This document shows positions 50,261-63,406 of a stretch of 64,000 nt of DNA, piece by piece. Numbering within the stretch: position 1 is the first letter of the stretch; the number at the start of each line of letters is the position of its first letter. Origin of the DNA: Octopus sinensis (taxonomy: Eukaryota); contig NC_042997.1 of NCBI RefSeq assembly GCF_006345805.1, forward strand, positions 127,224,001 through 127,288,000. The letters are read 5' to 3'. Made by a program: the position numbers and the translations under genes. The notes under the pieces were generated by a model. The model was not told the origin of the DNA. It made no database searches and saw nothing but the letters and a program-made list of their open reading frames with translations.

Positions 50261-50868
50261 AAAAAATAAAATATTATTATAAGGTGGCAAGCTAGCAGAA
50301 TTGTTAGAATATCTGAAAAATGACATATAGCATTTCTTTCAGCTGTTCACACTCTAAGTTCAAATCCTGCCAAACTCAACTTTCATCCATTTGGAATTGA
50401 TAAACTAAGGTGCCAATCAAGGACTGAGATCAAGGGTACCAACTAAACCCCTCCCCTTAAAACGGCGGCCTCGCACCTAAATCAGAAACAATTATTATGA
50501 TTATTAGAAGCACCCCACCCTGGTGTCATGCAAATAGCACCTGTGTTGGTGGCACATAAAAACACCCAGTAAACTCTTGAAGTGGTTGTCATAAAAAACT
50601 ATGCCAAATCACAGTGGAGCCTAGAGTGGCCTTTCAGCATGCCAGCCTGGTCAAGCCATCCAAACCATGCCAGCATGGACAATGGATGTTAAATGATGAT
50701 GATAATTAAAAGGTGTGGGGGGAGTGGGTTGGCAGAATCAGGGGTGTGTTGGACAAAATGCTTTTCAGTATTTGTGCTGGTTCTTTACATTCTGAGTTCA
50801 AATCCTACTGAAGTCAACTTTGCCTCGTACATTTTGCAATGTGGTTGGTGTTAGAAAGGGCATCCAGC

Positions 50869-51076
50869 TGTTGTTGTTGTTATTAAGCAACAAGACAGGT
50901 AAGGGTGATTAGGTGATGGTCTAGGGCTTAGGGGTGAGAGACCACAGACCTTGGAAAAAAAAAACTTCGGTCATCTTGTTGTAGTCGAGGGCTCTTCATT
51001 GACGCCCGACACCACTGGGAGGTGGCCCTCGAAGTCGCTGGAAATGGAGCTCTCCAGGTCCAAATTCTTGAATGGC
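50869..51076 (-). mobile_element. 208-bp retroposed insert with (AAC)n tail inside an RTE-tail element
   Basis: 13-bp TSD aagggcatccagc at 50856-50868 and 51077-51089. Confidence 0.75.
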
Positions 51077-51876
51077 AAGGGCATCCAGCCATAGAAACTG
51101 TGCCAAACAAGACAAATGAAACCTGTTGCAGCTCTCCAGCTTGCCAGCTTTGGTAGAACGGTCCAACCCATGCCAGCATGGAAAACAGACATTAAATGAG
51201 GATGATTGATGAGGTCAATAAAATAAAGTATCAGCCAAGTGTTGAGATCAATACAGTCATCGATGTCCCACCCCTAAATCTGAGGCTTTGCACTTCTGTT
51301 AAAATTACTGTTATTTTTATTGGTCATTGGCACACAAACCACAAATCATTTGTGTTCAGCAAACTATAGAAAAAAACCAGAAGTACACACTTGAATAAGA
51401 TACTGTTATTATTAGCTACTATGTTCATTAGTTGACCATCAATCAAAAGAGTTGCTCACTTTTCAATTTTCCTCACTTCAAAGAAGCAGAAATTTTTTTG
51501 TGTGATTTTTTTGATTTTTTTTACTTTATTTATTTTGCTTTGAAAAGGCTATTTTGAAATTTAACAAAAAAAAAAACAACAAAAAAATAAACAAAGAAAC
51601 AGACAGGCATGGCTGTGAAGTTAAGAAGTTTGCTTTGCAGCCAAGTGATTCCATGTTCAGTTGCCCCATATGGTACCTTGGGCAGAAACTTTGGGCAATT
51701 TCCATCTACCAAATTTACTCTCAAGACATTGATGAATTCAGGGCTTATTATAAGTTATTGTAGAAAACACTGGCCCAAGCTGCTAAACAGGGACACTAAA
51801 TATGGAATTATGTGGTTGCAAAGCATGCCTGCCTATTTTTAAATTTCAAAACACACTTTCAAAAGCAAGAAAAAAA

Positions 51877-52170
51877 GGATCTTTTCACTTTGAGCGGCAG
51901 ATCTTTAAAATAATTTCTTTGTAACTAAACACTTTTAAACTTCGTATTAAACAACCGCAGAAATTGTATTCACTTCAATAGACGTCATTGATTGGTTGAA
52001 ATTGCCAAAATGCAAGAAATTTAACAATAGCTTACAAACTACAGAATTTTCTCAAGAAAGCCAAGAGAAAAAGATGTTTTGTGTAACATATTCTACCAGT
52101 ATACGAAGTTTAAAGTGTTTAGTTACAAAGAAATTATTTTAAAAATTTGCCGCTCAAAGTGAAAAGATCC
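51877..52170. mobile_element. MITE with ~70-bp TIRs, Merlin-type
   Basis: GGATCTTTTCACTTTGAGCGGCA.. / ..TGCCGCTCAAAGTGAAAAGATCC, with an 8-bp TSD GAAAAAAA. Confidence 0.88.
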
Positions 52171-52699
52171 GAAAAAAAAAATGAAAAAATGATTGCAAAT
52201 AAATTCTACTCCTTTGAAAATGAGCAATTCTCTCAAACATGTCAACTAATGACTAAAGCAACAATAATAACAGGAACTTACTCAGATGTATACCATCTTC
52301 CTAACATTAACCACTTTATGGAGTATATTGGGTATATGTGTATATGTGAGTGTGTGCACATGTGTGAGTGTGTGTGTGTGTACGAGTGTGCGCATATATG
52401 TGTCACTGTGTGAATGTGTACATTCTGTAGTCATATGGAAAAGCAATGAGCTGTGGTTGGTGTTCTCTATTGTCGTGTTCTCATCAAGAAATTGTTTGGT
52501 AGCTTTGTGCTTTTGGAGATGAGCAGAATGAAATCTCCTTTATTTGGAAAATAGATTAGGGTTAACTGCCTGGAAGGGCATCCGCTGTAAGACACTAGTT
52601 CAACAATATATGCTCATTAAACCATTTAGCTTGGAAAAAAACCAAACATACAACAAAAGAATAAAGACAGTTTGGTAAGTAGCTAAAAGTGGAGAGACC

Positions 52700-53680
52700 A
52701 TAGTGGAGTGATGAACCGATGCACCAGTGTAAAAATCATAATCACCCCTCTCTCACTGCCATTGCTTTTGACAGAACACTGTCAAAAGTGTTGACATTTT
52801 TGACAGTGATCTTGTCACCCATCTCATCACTGTCACAGTAAACGTAGTTGTCAATGTGTTTGTGGAATGTCTGCATTAGCATTTTATAGTAGTTTACTGG
52901 TGGACATGAGAGATAAAAACATACAAGAGTAAACATTCTTAGAGAGGCCTTAGGCACCAACAATGGCCAGTAATTTTGGGTCTTCTTGAGGACTTTGTCT
53001 TTGGAACTATGGACAATTTTCAGAAATCCCTGGCTTATCAGTGCTAATGGTGAATATTACCAGTTAAGGATAAACTCTACAACTGAACATGTCAAAGACA
53101 GGTAGAGAGATTGGAAACCTCTTGCTAAGCATTTGTTTTTTTAGAGTGGTAAAATCTGAAGTAATGTCTGAACATTACTGACCTGTAATGATATGACAAA
53201 GGGCCTTCAGCATGAGGAATAGGGATCCAGATGTTGGTGGAATTTTGTCAAAAAAATGCTTCTCAACCTTTCTTTGTTAGAAGTGGAAATCAATTTTCAT
53301 GTGTCTGGTAGGCCCTGGTAGAAAAAGTTGTGTTTTTTTAAATTTTTTCTTGTAGTCTTTGGAGGAACAATCATTGCCTGTGACCTTGGCAGGCCCTCTC
53401 AGACCAGTCAGCTTGATGCCACAAAAGTTTTGTTCAAACTGTTGCAGGTTAAAACCTACAGTAAATACATGAGATGAAAGATTCCAGATGGATAATGTGC
53501 TTGGGAAGAAGGATTGAGAGTATGGTTAGTGTGAAATCAAGGGGTTGGGTGTACCAAGAGGATGAAAGATGATAGGTCAAGTGGGTTGGGTAACTGAGCA
53601 GTGGATGTGCAAGACCAACCAGCATTAAAGAACAGAGGCTATCATAGTAGCATGTATAATAGATGTGATCAAATGGGTTA
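52700..53680 (-). mobile_element. Old CR1/L2-group LINE remnant
   Basis: Minus strand at 53430-53525 reads YSQSFFPSTLSIWNLSSHVFTVGFNLQQF (the SFFPxTxxxWN C-terminal motif). The extent of the rest is uncertain. Confidence 0.55.
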
Positions 53681-53982
53681 AGAATATAACTCTATCTCCC
53701 CCATTAGCCCCTTATTCTTCAAGCATCTTTTGAATGGAAGATAAAGGTGGAAAGGGAGATCCTGTTTTAAATAGGTAAAGAAGAAAGTCAGGTCAAAGTC
53801 ACAAAATTGGTACACGAAGTTAAGATCAAACAACTGACAAGCAAATCTGTGGTATTGAGCAAAATATATTTGCTGTAGTCCATCTTTTATACTAAGACAA
53901 AACAATGTACATTGATAACACTTCTAATCAGTTAAGATCAGAAGCCATGAGAGCTGCTGCTTGGTATTGCATCAGGGCATTT

Positions 53983-54040
53983 ATCATCATCATCATCATC
54001 ATCCTTGCCATCATCATCGTCGTCGTCGTCGTCATCGTCG

Positions 54041-54080
<40 letters not shown>

Positions 54081-54109
54081 TGCCATCATCGTCGTCATCG
54101 TCGTCGTCG

Positions 54110-54149
<40 letters not shown>

Positions 54150-54252
54150 TGCCATCATCATCGTCGTCGTCGTCGTCGTCGTCGTCATCATCATCATCAT
54201 CATCATTATATATTATCATCATCATCATTATATATTATCATCATCATCAACA

Positions 54253-54322
<70 letters not shown>
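53983..54322. repeat. (CAT/CGT)n with ~70-bp higher-order unit, then (TTA)n(GTA)n
   Basis: ccttgccatcatc occurs three times. Confidence 0.9.
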
Positions 54323-54323
<1 letters not shown>

Positions 54324-56004
54324 ACACTGAGCAGTGAGTCAAAAATTTGTATCACTCAGCAGCTTTATTATGTTTGTTTTCAATCGCCATCCCTTTAAAC
54401 AAAATATTTTTTTTTCCATTAGTATGCTTTGTCTCGTTGCAGAACAGAGAAGTGTTACTATGTGCTAGTTGTTTCATTGTTTTGGCCCTCCAGGGGCTAC
54501 GTTTCATTTTTGAATCTTTGAAAATTCTCATTAAAGAAAAATATTTAATTTAATTTAATATAATATGATGCGGCTTGTTTATGCAAATGAGAAGAAGGGG
54601 ACAAGCAGAGGAAACAGCAAGAGACAGGAGGAAGCAGGGTGTGACAACTTTCTTTTCAACCGAAAATAACAGAGAAGGGGAGAAAAAAAAAATTGTGTGA
54701 TTGTGGACCCTCCCCGCCATTAATTTGAACTGTCTATGACAAAAAATCACCAGCCTCACCATCAGCATCGGCTGCAACAGTTGCAGTAATGATGCTGAAG
54801 TGGGTAGCTTCATAAAGTGATGCAGAAGGTTGTAACATCAATACTGTCATCACAATCGCCATCAGCAGCAGCAGCAGCACCACCACCACCACCACTACCA
54901 CAGGCACGGCCACCACCACGACCACCACCACTACCGTCACCACCATCAGCACCAGCACCAGCACCACCGTCACCACCATTGTCACCACTGTCACCACCAC
55001 CAATACCACCACCACCACCACGTCACCACCACCAGCAACACCACCACCACCACCATCACCATCACCAATAGCACTAAAGTAACCATTATAGCGACTGGTA
55101 CTAGCAGCAACTGCAGCAGTTGCAATAATGGGAACAATAACAGCAACAGCGTCATAAAATAATTGTTTGTAGTGCAAGCGCAAAAAACTGGTGTTTAAGG
55201 AAGGGGGTTAGGGGATGATACCATTGCCCTCGCCAACCCCAGTATTTGGCTGGTGTCCTATTTTTGTCAGCCTCAAAAGATTGAAAGGCAAAGCTTTTCT
55301 TCTGGCTCTTTTATAATCTGAGTTCTAATCCTGCTGAGTTTTAATCCAACTTTGCCTTTCATCCTTTCAGGATCAATAATTGTGATTTTTTACCGAATGT
55401 TTTAATGATTCTGAAGTTCACCATCTTAGTCCTTGTATTTGTGTTTGTTCCCACCACCATTGCATGACAATCAGTGTTGGTTTGTTTACATCCCTGTAAC
55501 TAAGCAATTCAGTAAAGAGACTGACAGGATTAGTACCAGACTTAAAATTAGTATTGGGGTTGATTTGCTTCACTAAACCTTTCAATGTAGTGCTCCAGCA
55601 TGACCGCAGTACAATGACTGAAACAAGTGAAAGCTAAAAGGTAAGATATAATGGTTTCAAATTTTGACACAAAGTCAGCAATTTCGTGTGAAGGGCTAAG
55701 TCAATTACATGACCCCCAGTGCATAACTGGTACTTATTTTATTGACCTTGAAAGGATGAAAGGCAAAGTTGACCTTGGTGGAATTTGAACTCAGAATGTA
55801 AAGCAGTATGAAAAGGTGTACGAAATAAGGTATAATATATAATGCCAGCACTAGGGTTGATTTCACACACTCACCATTTTTTTGGTGGGGTGGGGTTGAT
55901 ACCATAAAGTACCAGTTATGCACTGGTGTCAATGTAATTGACTAGACTCCTTCCCTCAAAATTTCAGGCTTTGTGCCTATAGTTATTATTATTATTATCT
56001 TTAA

Positions 56005-56040
<36 letters not shown>

Positions 56041-56074
56041 TTTTATTGTTATTTTTATTATTGTTATTATTATA

Positions 56075-56124
<50 letters not shown>

Positions 56125-57456
56125 CATTATTATTAAGGTGGTGAACTGGCAGAATCATTAGTGCGCTGGACAAAATGCTTAGCAGTATTTTGTCTGTCGC
56201 TATATTCTGAGTTCAAATTCTACCGAGGTTGACTTTAGCTTTCATTCTTTCGGGATTTTATTGGCCTTGAAAGGATGAAAGGCAAAGTTGACCTTTGTGG
56301 AATTTAAACTCATAATGTAAAGGAGTATGAAAAGGTGTACGAAATAAAGTATAATAATATATAATGCCAGCACTAGGGTTGAATACACACACTCACTCTC
56401 GCTCTTTTTCTCTCCCTCTCTGGAAGATAACGGCTGTCCAGAGGAGAAAGATGAGCTCCTCTTGGTAGTAAACTACCCATAATGTGGCATATGCTATGAT
56501 GGCACTCCTATAACACCAACAAGAATTGAGAGCCCATGGCATGGTATCTTGCATAATTTTGTAGGGACGCGGTATTATTTAATGATATTGCTCAATGAGA
56601 TATTATACCCAAATGTGATAATTCTTTGATAATTCTTAACAAGAACAGCAAATCTTTTCAAACAAGATCCTTCTCAAATAGGTTCCATAAAACCTGAAAT
56701 TGATTATGAAGAAAGGTTGTTGTGTCAAAGACAACCAATTTAAAGAATAGATTTAAAGGATATTAAAAGAACATTAAATTTTGAAATGCCTTTCTTAACA
56801 TTACAGAAGTGTCAGCATTTACAGATTTAGACTATTGGTTATGGGAACTGTGAAATAAATTCACAAGGTTATGAATCTGTTTAGAATAACAATCAACTAT
56901 GTGTGTGAAACAGAAAAAGTTTTAATGGCTAAATAGATAAAGTGTCACATACATTTAGTTGAATGGTTCTCACTTTATTTTCCATTATTGGAATTATACT
57001 GTATTTCTGAGACCTTCAACACTTCCAGCTTCCATTTATACTGTATATACTTGTATGATGTGTTCTACAACTTAGCTAACAGATACAGTTGTTACCTCTC
57101 ACTTTCACTGACTTCTTCAGATTATGACACAATAATATATCATTATTAAAGTGGTGAGCTGGCAGATTAATTAATTACTATGCCAGATAAGATGCTTAGC
57201 AGCTTTTCTTCTGGCTCTTTTATAATCTGAGTTCTAATCCTGCTGAGTTTTAATCCAACTTTGCCTTTCATCCTTTCAGGATCAATAAAATACCAGTCAT
57301 ATACTGGGGAGTTGGTGTAATCAATTTACCCAATTGCTCACTGAAATTGCTGGCCTTGTGCCAAAATCCAAAACAACAGCGATCATCATCATCGTCATTG
57401 TCATCGTCATTATCGTCATCCTCCTCCTCCTCCTCATCATCATCAACAGCAGCAGG

Positions 57457-57725
57457 AGTAGAGGCGCAGTGGCCCAGTGGTTAGGGCAGTGGATTTGTGA
57501 TCGTAAGAAAGCGGTTTCAATTCCCAGACCGGGCATTGTGAGTGTATGTTGAGCAAAAACATCTAAGCTCCACGAGGCTCTGGTGGGTGTGTGGGGTGAA
57601 CCCCACTGTACTCTTTTGACAGAATAAGTACTAGGCTTACAAAGAATAAGTCCTGGGGTCAACTTGCTCGACTAAAGGCAGTGCTCCAGCATGGCCACAG
57701 TCAAATGACTGAAACAAGTAAAAGC
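57457..57725 (+). mobile_element. Chimeric SINE: family C head + body X fused to family A tail
   Basis: gtagaggcgcagtggcccagtggttaggg..gctccacgaggctc..tgtactcttt, then agaataagtactaggcttacaaag..gaaacaagtaaaag. Confidence 0.8.
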
Positions 57726-57738
57726 ATTATTATTATTA

Positions 57739-57772
<34 letters not shown>

Positions 57773-57999
57773 GGCAGTGAGCTGGCAGAATTGTTAGCGT
57801 GCCAGGCAAAATACTTTACGGTATTTCATCTGTCACTATATTCTGAGTTCAAATTCCGCTGAGGTCAGCTTTGCTTTTCATCCTTTTGGGGTTGATAAAA
57901 TAAGTACCAGTTATGTACTGGTGTTGATGTAATTGACTATCCCCTTCTCCCAAATTTGAGGCCTTGTGCCTACAGTAGTAAACATTATCATTATTATTC

Positions 58000-58578
58000 A
58001 GTAGTCTTATTTTCATAATGTGCTTTCACTGCACTACCGAGTGCAGCTCTGTGTGCCTTGGGTATGTGCAGTGGTTTGTAGTGATGCTCTTATGGTTACT
58101 GTATTGAAAGTGTTTTGTGTAGGATGTGTGCAGTGCTCAGTAGTGCAATTTTCTGTATGTTATATATATTTGTAAGTCCTGGTGCTTTTGTTATGTATTT
58201 GTCTAAATATTTTTTTATCATGCCTAATGCACCTACTATGATAGGAATTGTTTCTGTTTTTAGACTCCACATTCGAGTTACCTCTGTTTCCAGGTCTTTA
58301 TAGTTTGAAAGTTTCTCTATTTCTTTTAGAGAAACGTTGTCATCTGTTGGTATTGATACATCAATTAGAAAGCATTTTTTCTTCATGATCTCTGACAACT
58401 ATATCTGGCCTATTGGCCTTAATTTCTCTATGTGTGTATTGGTATATCCCATAGTATTGTTGCTTTTTCATTTTCTGTGACTTTTTCTGATGTGTGCTTA
58501 TACCATAATTTTTCTGTTGTTACTCCATAGTGTTGGCAGAGCTTCCAGTGTATGTAGGTCCCAACTCTGTTGTGTCTA
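58000..58578 (-). mobile_element. R4/Dong-like RLE non-LTR retrotransposon 3' fragment
   Basis: RHNRVGTYIHWKLCQHYG, ILWD, ANRPDIVV, CFLIDVSIPTD, EKLSNYKDL and IPIIVGALG. The 3' end abuts (AAT)-type repeats. Confidence 0.9.
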
Positions 58579-58960
58579 GCGAGCTAGCAGAATCATCAAC
58601 ACTCGGTGCAAAATGCTCAGCAGTATTTCGTCTGTCGCTATGTTCTGAGTTCAAATTCAACTGAGGTCATCTTTGCTTTTCATCCTTTTGGGGTTGATAA
58701 ATAAGTACCAGTTGCATACTGGAATTGATCTAGTTGACTGGTCCCTTCCCACCAAATTTCAGGCCTTGTGCCTAAAGCAGAAAGGATTATTATTATTATT
58801 ATGTTGGTTGGCATTAGGAAGGGCATCCAGCTGTAGAAACACTGCCCAGATCAGACTGGTACCTGGTGCAGCCTCCTGGCTTCCCAGACCCTGGTTGAAC
58901 CGTCCAACCCATGCTAGCATGGAAAATGGACGTTAAATGATGATGATGGTAATGATGATA

Positions 58961-59005
<45 letters not shown>

Positions 59006-59535
59006 TTTGACTAAGATAGCAAGCTGGCACAATCATTAGCACGCCAGACAAAATTCTTCATAACATTTATTTTGGCTTTACATTCTGAGTTCAAATGCCA
59101 CCAAGGTCATCTTTGCCTTTCATCCTCTTGGGATAAGAAAAAGAATAAGCACCATTTGAGTGTTGGAGTGTTAGTGAATGTTGCTGACAAGCCCTCTCTT
59201 CTAAAATTTTAGATCTTGTTCCTATTGTAGAATGAATTATTATGTTTGACTCTAATAGCATGAAGATGTTTTTTGCTTCTCTCTTCAAAACATGTATTCA
59301 AACATTTCCATATGAAAATTTCTTTGGCGTACTTGTAAAAAGAACTCATTGCCTAAGGAGTGGCTGTTCTCAATAGCTGGGAGTAAACCACAAAAAGAGA
59401 CATTTGTTTCACAAAATTATATTTACATGCATTATATTTTCACATCTAAAATTGCTACTTCGTATGATTTTGCCACATGGCTAAACACAATAATAGCATA
59501 AAAAAAAAAAGACACCGCATAACCAGAAACATATG

Positions 59536-59539
59536 AAAA

Positions 59540-59571
<32 letters not shown>

Positions 59572-59783
59572 AGAAAAGAAGAAGAAGAAGAAGAAGAAAA
59601 GAAGAAGAAAAAGAAGAAGAAGAAAAGAAGAAGAAGTATAAGACGACGACGATGATGAAGAAGAAGAAGAAGAAGAAGAAGAAGAAGAAGGAGGAGAAGA
59701 AAAAGAAGAAAGAAGAAGAAATATAAGATGACGACGACGATGACGAAGAAGAAAAAGAAGAAGAAGAAGAAGAAGAAGAAGGA

Positions 59784-59817
<34 letters not shown>

Positions 59818-59819
59818 GA

Positions 59820-59853
<34 letters not shown>

Positions 59854-60231
59854 GAGGAGAAGAAGAAGAAGAAGAAGAAGAAGAAGAAGAAGAAATATAA
59901 GATGACGACGACGATGACGAAGAAGAAAAAGAAGAAGAAGAAGAAGAAGAAGAAGGAGAGAAGAAGAAGAAGAAGAAGAAGAAGAAGGAGAAGAAGAAGA
60001 AGGAAGAAGAAGAAGAAGAAGAAGGAGGAGAAGAAGAAGAAGAAGAAGAAGAAGAAGAAGAAGAAGAAGAAGAAATATAAGACGATGACGACGATGACGA
60101 AGAAGAAGAAGAAGAAGAAAAAGAAGAAGACGACAAAGAAGACAAAGAAGAAGAAGAAGAAGACGACGACGACAAAGAAGAAGAAGAAGAAGAAGAAGAA
60201 GAAGAGAAGAAGAAGAAGAAGAGAAGAAGAA

Positions 60232-60276
<45 letters not shown>
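59536..60276. repeat. ~740-bp (GAA)n polypurine tract with higher-order repeats
   Basis: tataagaYgaYgacgacgatga-type interruptions at ~59637, 59722, 59896 and 60076. Confidence 0.95.
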
Positions 60277-60946
60277 CAATGTAGTAAATTATTCATAGAA
60301 AAATGTCACAAATTCTTAGATAAATATTTTGGAAGACAGCATCTTTTATCTTTCACTTGCTTCAGTCATTGAACTGTGGCCATGGATTGTCAATGGATCG
60401 ACACCTGTATCTCTACTGTTACTTATTTATATTTATTCATGTATCATGGAATCTGCCCTTCATAATTATTATGGACTGTATATTTAGTATAATGTATGTG
60501 TCTGGATAAATCAAGAGTGAATTTCTTCATTCAGCTGGGTCTAATTGTCTACATACATTGCAGAAATATCATCCATCCAGTACTTATGTACCAAGTTTGA
60601 TATTTACTTAATGTTGTGTGTGTATATTATTCTGACCTAACAAGATGTCTCAATTTAAGTACCAAATTCAACTCAATCTTATATATATGTATGTATATGT
60701 ATATATGTATATAATTTAGAGAAGAACCTCCATTAAACAATTTGATAATGAAAGATGTTATTCCCACCATATAGAAAACATATACTATAAAAACCTTATT
60801 CTAAAAATCAATAAAGTACAGAAACAATAAATAGTAAATAGTAGTTAAAGGGCTGCACACATTTTGTGGCTATATTTTCAAATAGACAATAATAAAAAAA
60901 AATCAATTTGATTTAAAATTAAATCGATCTAAAATATATATATATA

Positions 60947-61157
60947 TCACCATCACCATCATTGTTTAGTGTCCGTTTTCCATGCTGGCATAGATTGGAC
61001 AGTTTCACTGAGGTCTGGAAAGCCAGTGGCTGCACCAGGCTCCAATGTGACCCGGCAATGTTTCTACAGCTGTATGCCCTTCCTAACATCAACCACTCCA
61101 AGAGTGTGGTGGGTGCTTTTTACATTCCACTGGCACAGGAGCCAGCCAGATGGCCCT

Positions 61158-61197
<40 letters not shown>

Positions 61198-61416
61198 GAG
61201 AGAGAGAGAGAGATAGATACATACATACATACATACATAAAGATATAGATATAAATATGAAGGGCTTCTTTCAGTTTCCATCTACCAAATCTACTCACAA
61301 GGCTTTGGTCAGCCTGAGGCTATAGTAGAAGACACTTGCCCAAGGTGCCATGCAGTGACACCGAACCTGGAACCATGTGGTTAGGAGGTAAACTTCTCAC
61401 CACACAGCTATGCCTG
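60947..61416 (-). mobile_element. RTE-tail element joined via microsatellite to a SINE family A head
   Basis: gtccgttttccatgctggcat.., then gggcttctttcagtttccatctaccaaat..cacacagctatgcct. Confidence 0.8.
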
Positions 61417-61899
61417 TTTCAACGAATGTAAGTCAACAAATTTTAAAAATATTGAACAGAAATTCTAAAGAAGGAGGATTGGGGTCTTGTGATTAGTTTA
61501 GCACCTCGAAGCAGAAACATTAAATGGGTAAGGAATGGAAAAGAATTGGATGTGTGTAAATATATTACATAAGTTGTCTTGGAATAAATTTCTGAAGGTA
61601 TAAAATTTGTTCTATAAATGTTTAGCGTGCTTTTTGCATTTACTTTCATTTTCTAAACTGGAAAGTTGATCTTTTTGTTGTTCTGAAATGTAACAACAAT
61701 TCAGTTTGGTGTAGTGTTACTTTAGGTAAACTAAGACAGGTTGCTAAATTAGGAAAGTTATAAATATATTTGCATTCTGTTCTGAAATAAAAAGAAAAAT
61801 TCTAGCTGAAGTTTAGAAAATACGTCTGTGAATCTTTGAAGTTTTGCTTGAAATGCCAAGTAAAGAAAACTTCATCTTTTTTTAATTCATTTATTCATG

Positions 61900-62381
61900 T
61901 ACTTGTTTCATTTATTTGACTGCGGCCATGCTGGAACACTGCTTTTAGTTGAATAGCACTTATTCTAGAGTTAGGGTTAGGGTTAGCCAAACTGGTAAGT
62001 TTCAGTGATATAAACACACCAGCATTGGTTGTCAAGCGATGGTAGGGGGACAGACACACAAACATATACACATATATACATAGAAGTTCATCATATATAT
62101 ATATATATTTTTGTTAATGTCTCATTTATACCTGCAATATATGGCTAATATAGGTTAAATGAGACATACTTATCTGCATGGCCGAAACAGCTGTCAGTTA
62201 TAATGTATATGTATTTTTATATCTTTTTATATTTATTTAGTTATATTTCATTATAATGATTGTAATTATTGTACTGTATTAATGTCTAATCTTAATGCTC
62301 TTGTGTAGTGTTTTAATAAAGTATGTGATTCGGTATTATCTGATGAATGATTTAGATATATTTCTCCATTTTCTTATTTTG

Positions 62382-62412
<31 letters not shown>

Positions 62413-62573
62413 ATGAACTTCTTTCAGTTTCCCTCTACGAAATCCACTCACAAGGCTTTGGTGAGCCTGATGCTAGAGTAGAAGATACTTGCCCAAGGTG
62501 CCACACAGTGAGACTGAACCCAGAACCATTTGGTTGGTAAGCAAGCGACTTACCACACAGCCACTCCTGCGTC
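61900..62573 (-). mobile_element. SINE family A with PLE-like insert (62110-62380) and a short telomeric insert
   Basis: A tail at 61900-62080 and A head at 62410-62573. Confidence 0.8.
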
Positions 62574-62825
62574 CAGTATTCATCAATTTTATTGTAAAAC
62601 TAAATTCAGAATACTCAAAGGAACAGTTCTTGTTAGGTAATGGTGACCTAGTTAATTAAGTATCTTTTGTCTTCTACCTTTTACTCAAGTCAGTCATTGG
62701 ACTACAGCCATGCTGGAGCACCATCTTGAAGGATTTTACTTGACTCCAGCACTTATTCTTTAAAAGACTTATTATATTGGTCACTTTTTGCTGAAAGGCT
62801 AAGTAAGCAAATAAATACAGGTTAA

Positions 62826-63146
62826 GCCTTGTGAGTGGATTTGGTAGATGGAAACTGAAAGAAGCCCATCATATATATTTATATATATGTATATGTGTGT
62901 GTATGTGTTTGTGTGTATGTGTTTGTGTGTCTGTGTTTGTTACCCCCCCCCCCCCCAACATCGCTTGACAACTGATGGTGGTGTGTTTACGTCCCTGTAA
63001 CTTAGTGGTTCAGCAAAGAAGACTTATAGAATAAGTACTAGGCGTACAAAGAATAAGTCCTGGGATCGATCGGCTTGACTTAAGGCGGTGCTCCAGCATG
63101 GCCACAGTCAAATGACTGAAACAAGTAAAAGAGTAAAGAGTAAAGA

Positions 63147-63147
<1 letters not shown>
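62826..63147 (+). mobile_element. SINE family A, 5'-truncated
   Basis: aagccttgtgagtggatttgg..gaaacaagtaaaagagtaaagag. Confidence 0.88.
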
Positions 63148-63195
<48 letters not shown>

Positions 63196-63359
63196 CACAC
63201 ATATACTCACACTCACACACACACACATTTTTATACATACATAGATATATATGTTTTCTGTAGCGAGTAAATAAAATGTGGAAATCGACGATTTAAAAGT
63301 CTGTTATCAGCATATTGACAGAGAAATAATTTTCTTTAGCCCTTATCTATAAGTTGTAT

Positions 63360-63403
<44 letters not shown>

Positions 63404-63406
<3 letters not shown>

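Noticed and set aside
54817-55071. Pro/His-rich ORF
   Set aside because: It is a (CAC)n/(CAG)n trinucleotide repeat.
56420-56900. Possible transposase remnant (DLDYWLWEL)
   Set aside because: A single weak motif with no TIRs found.
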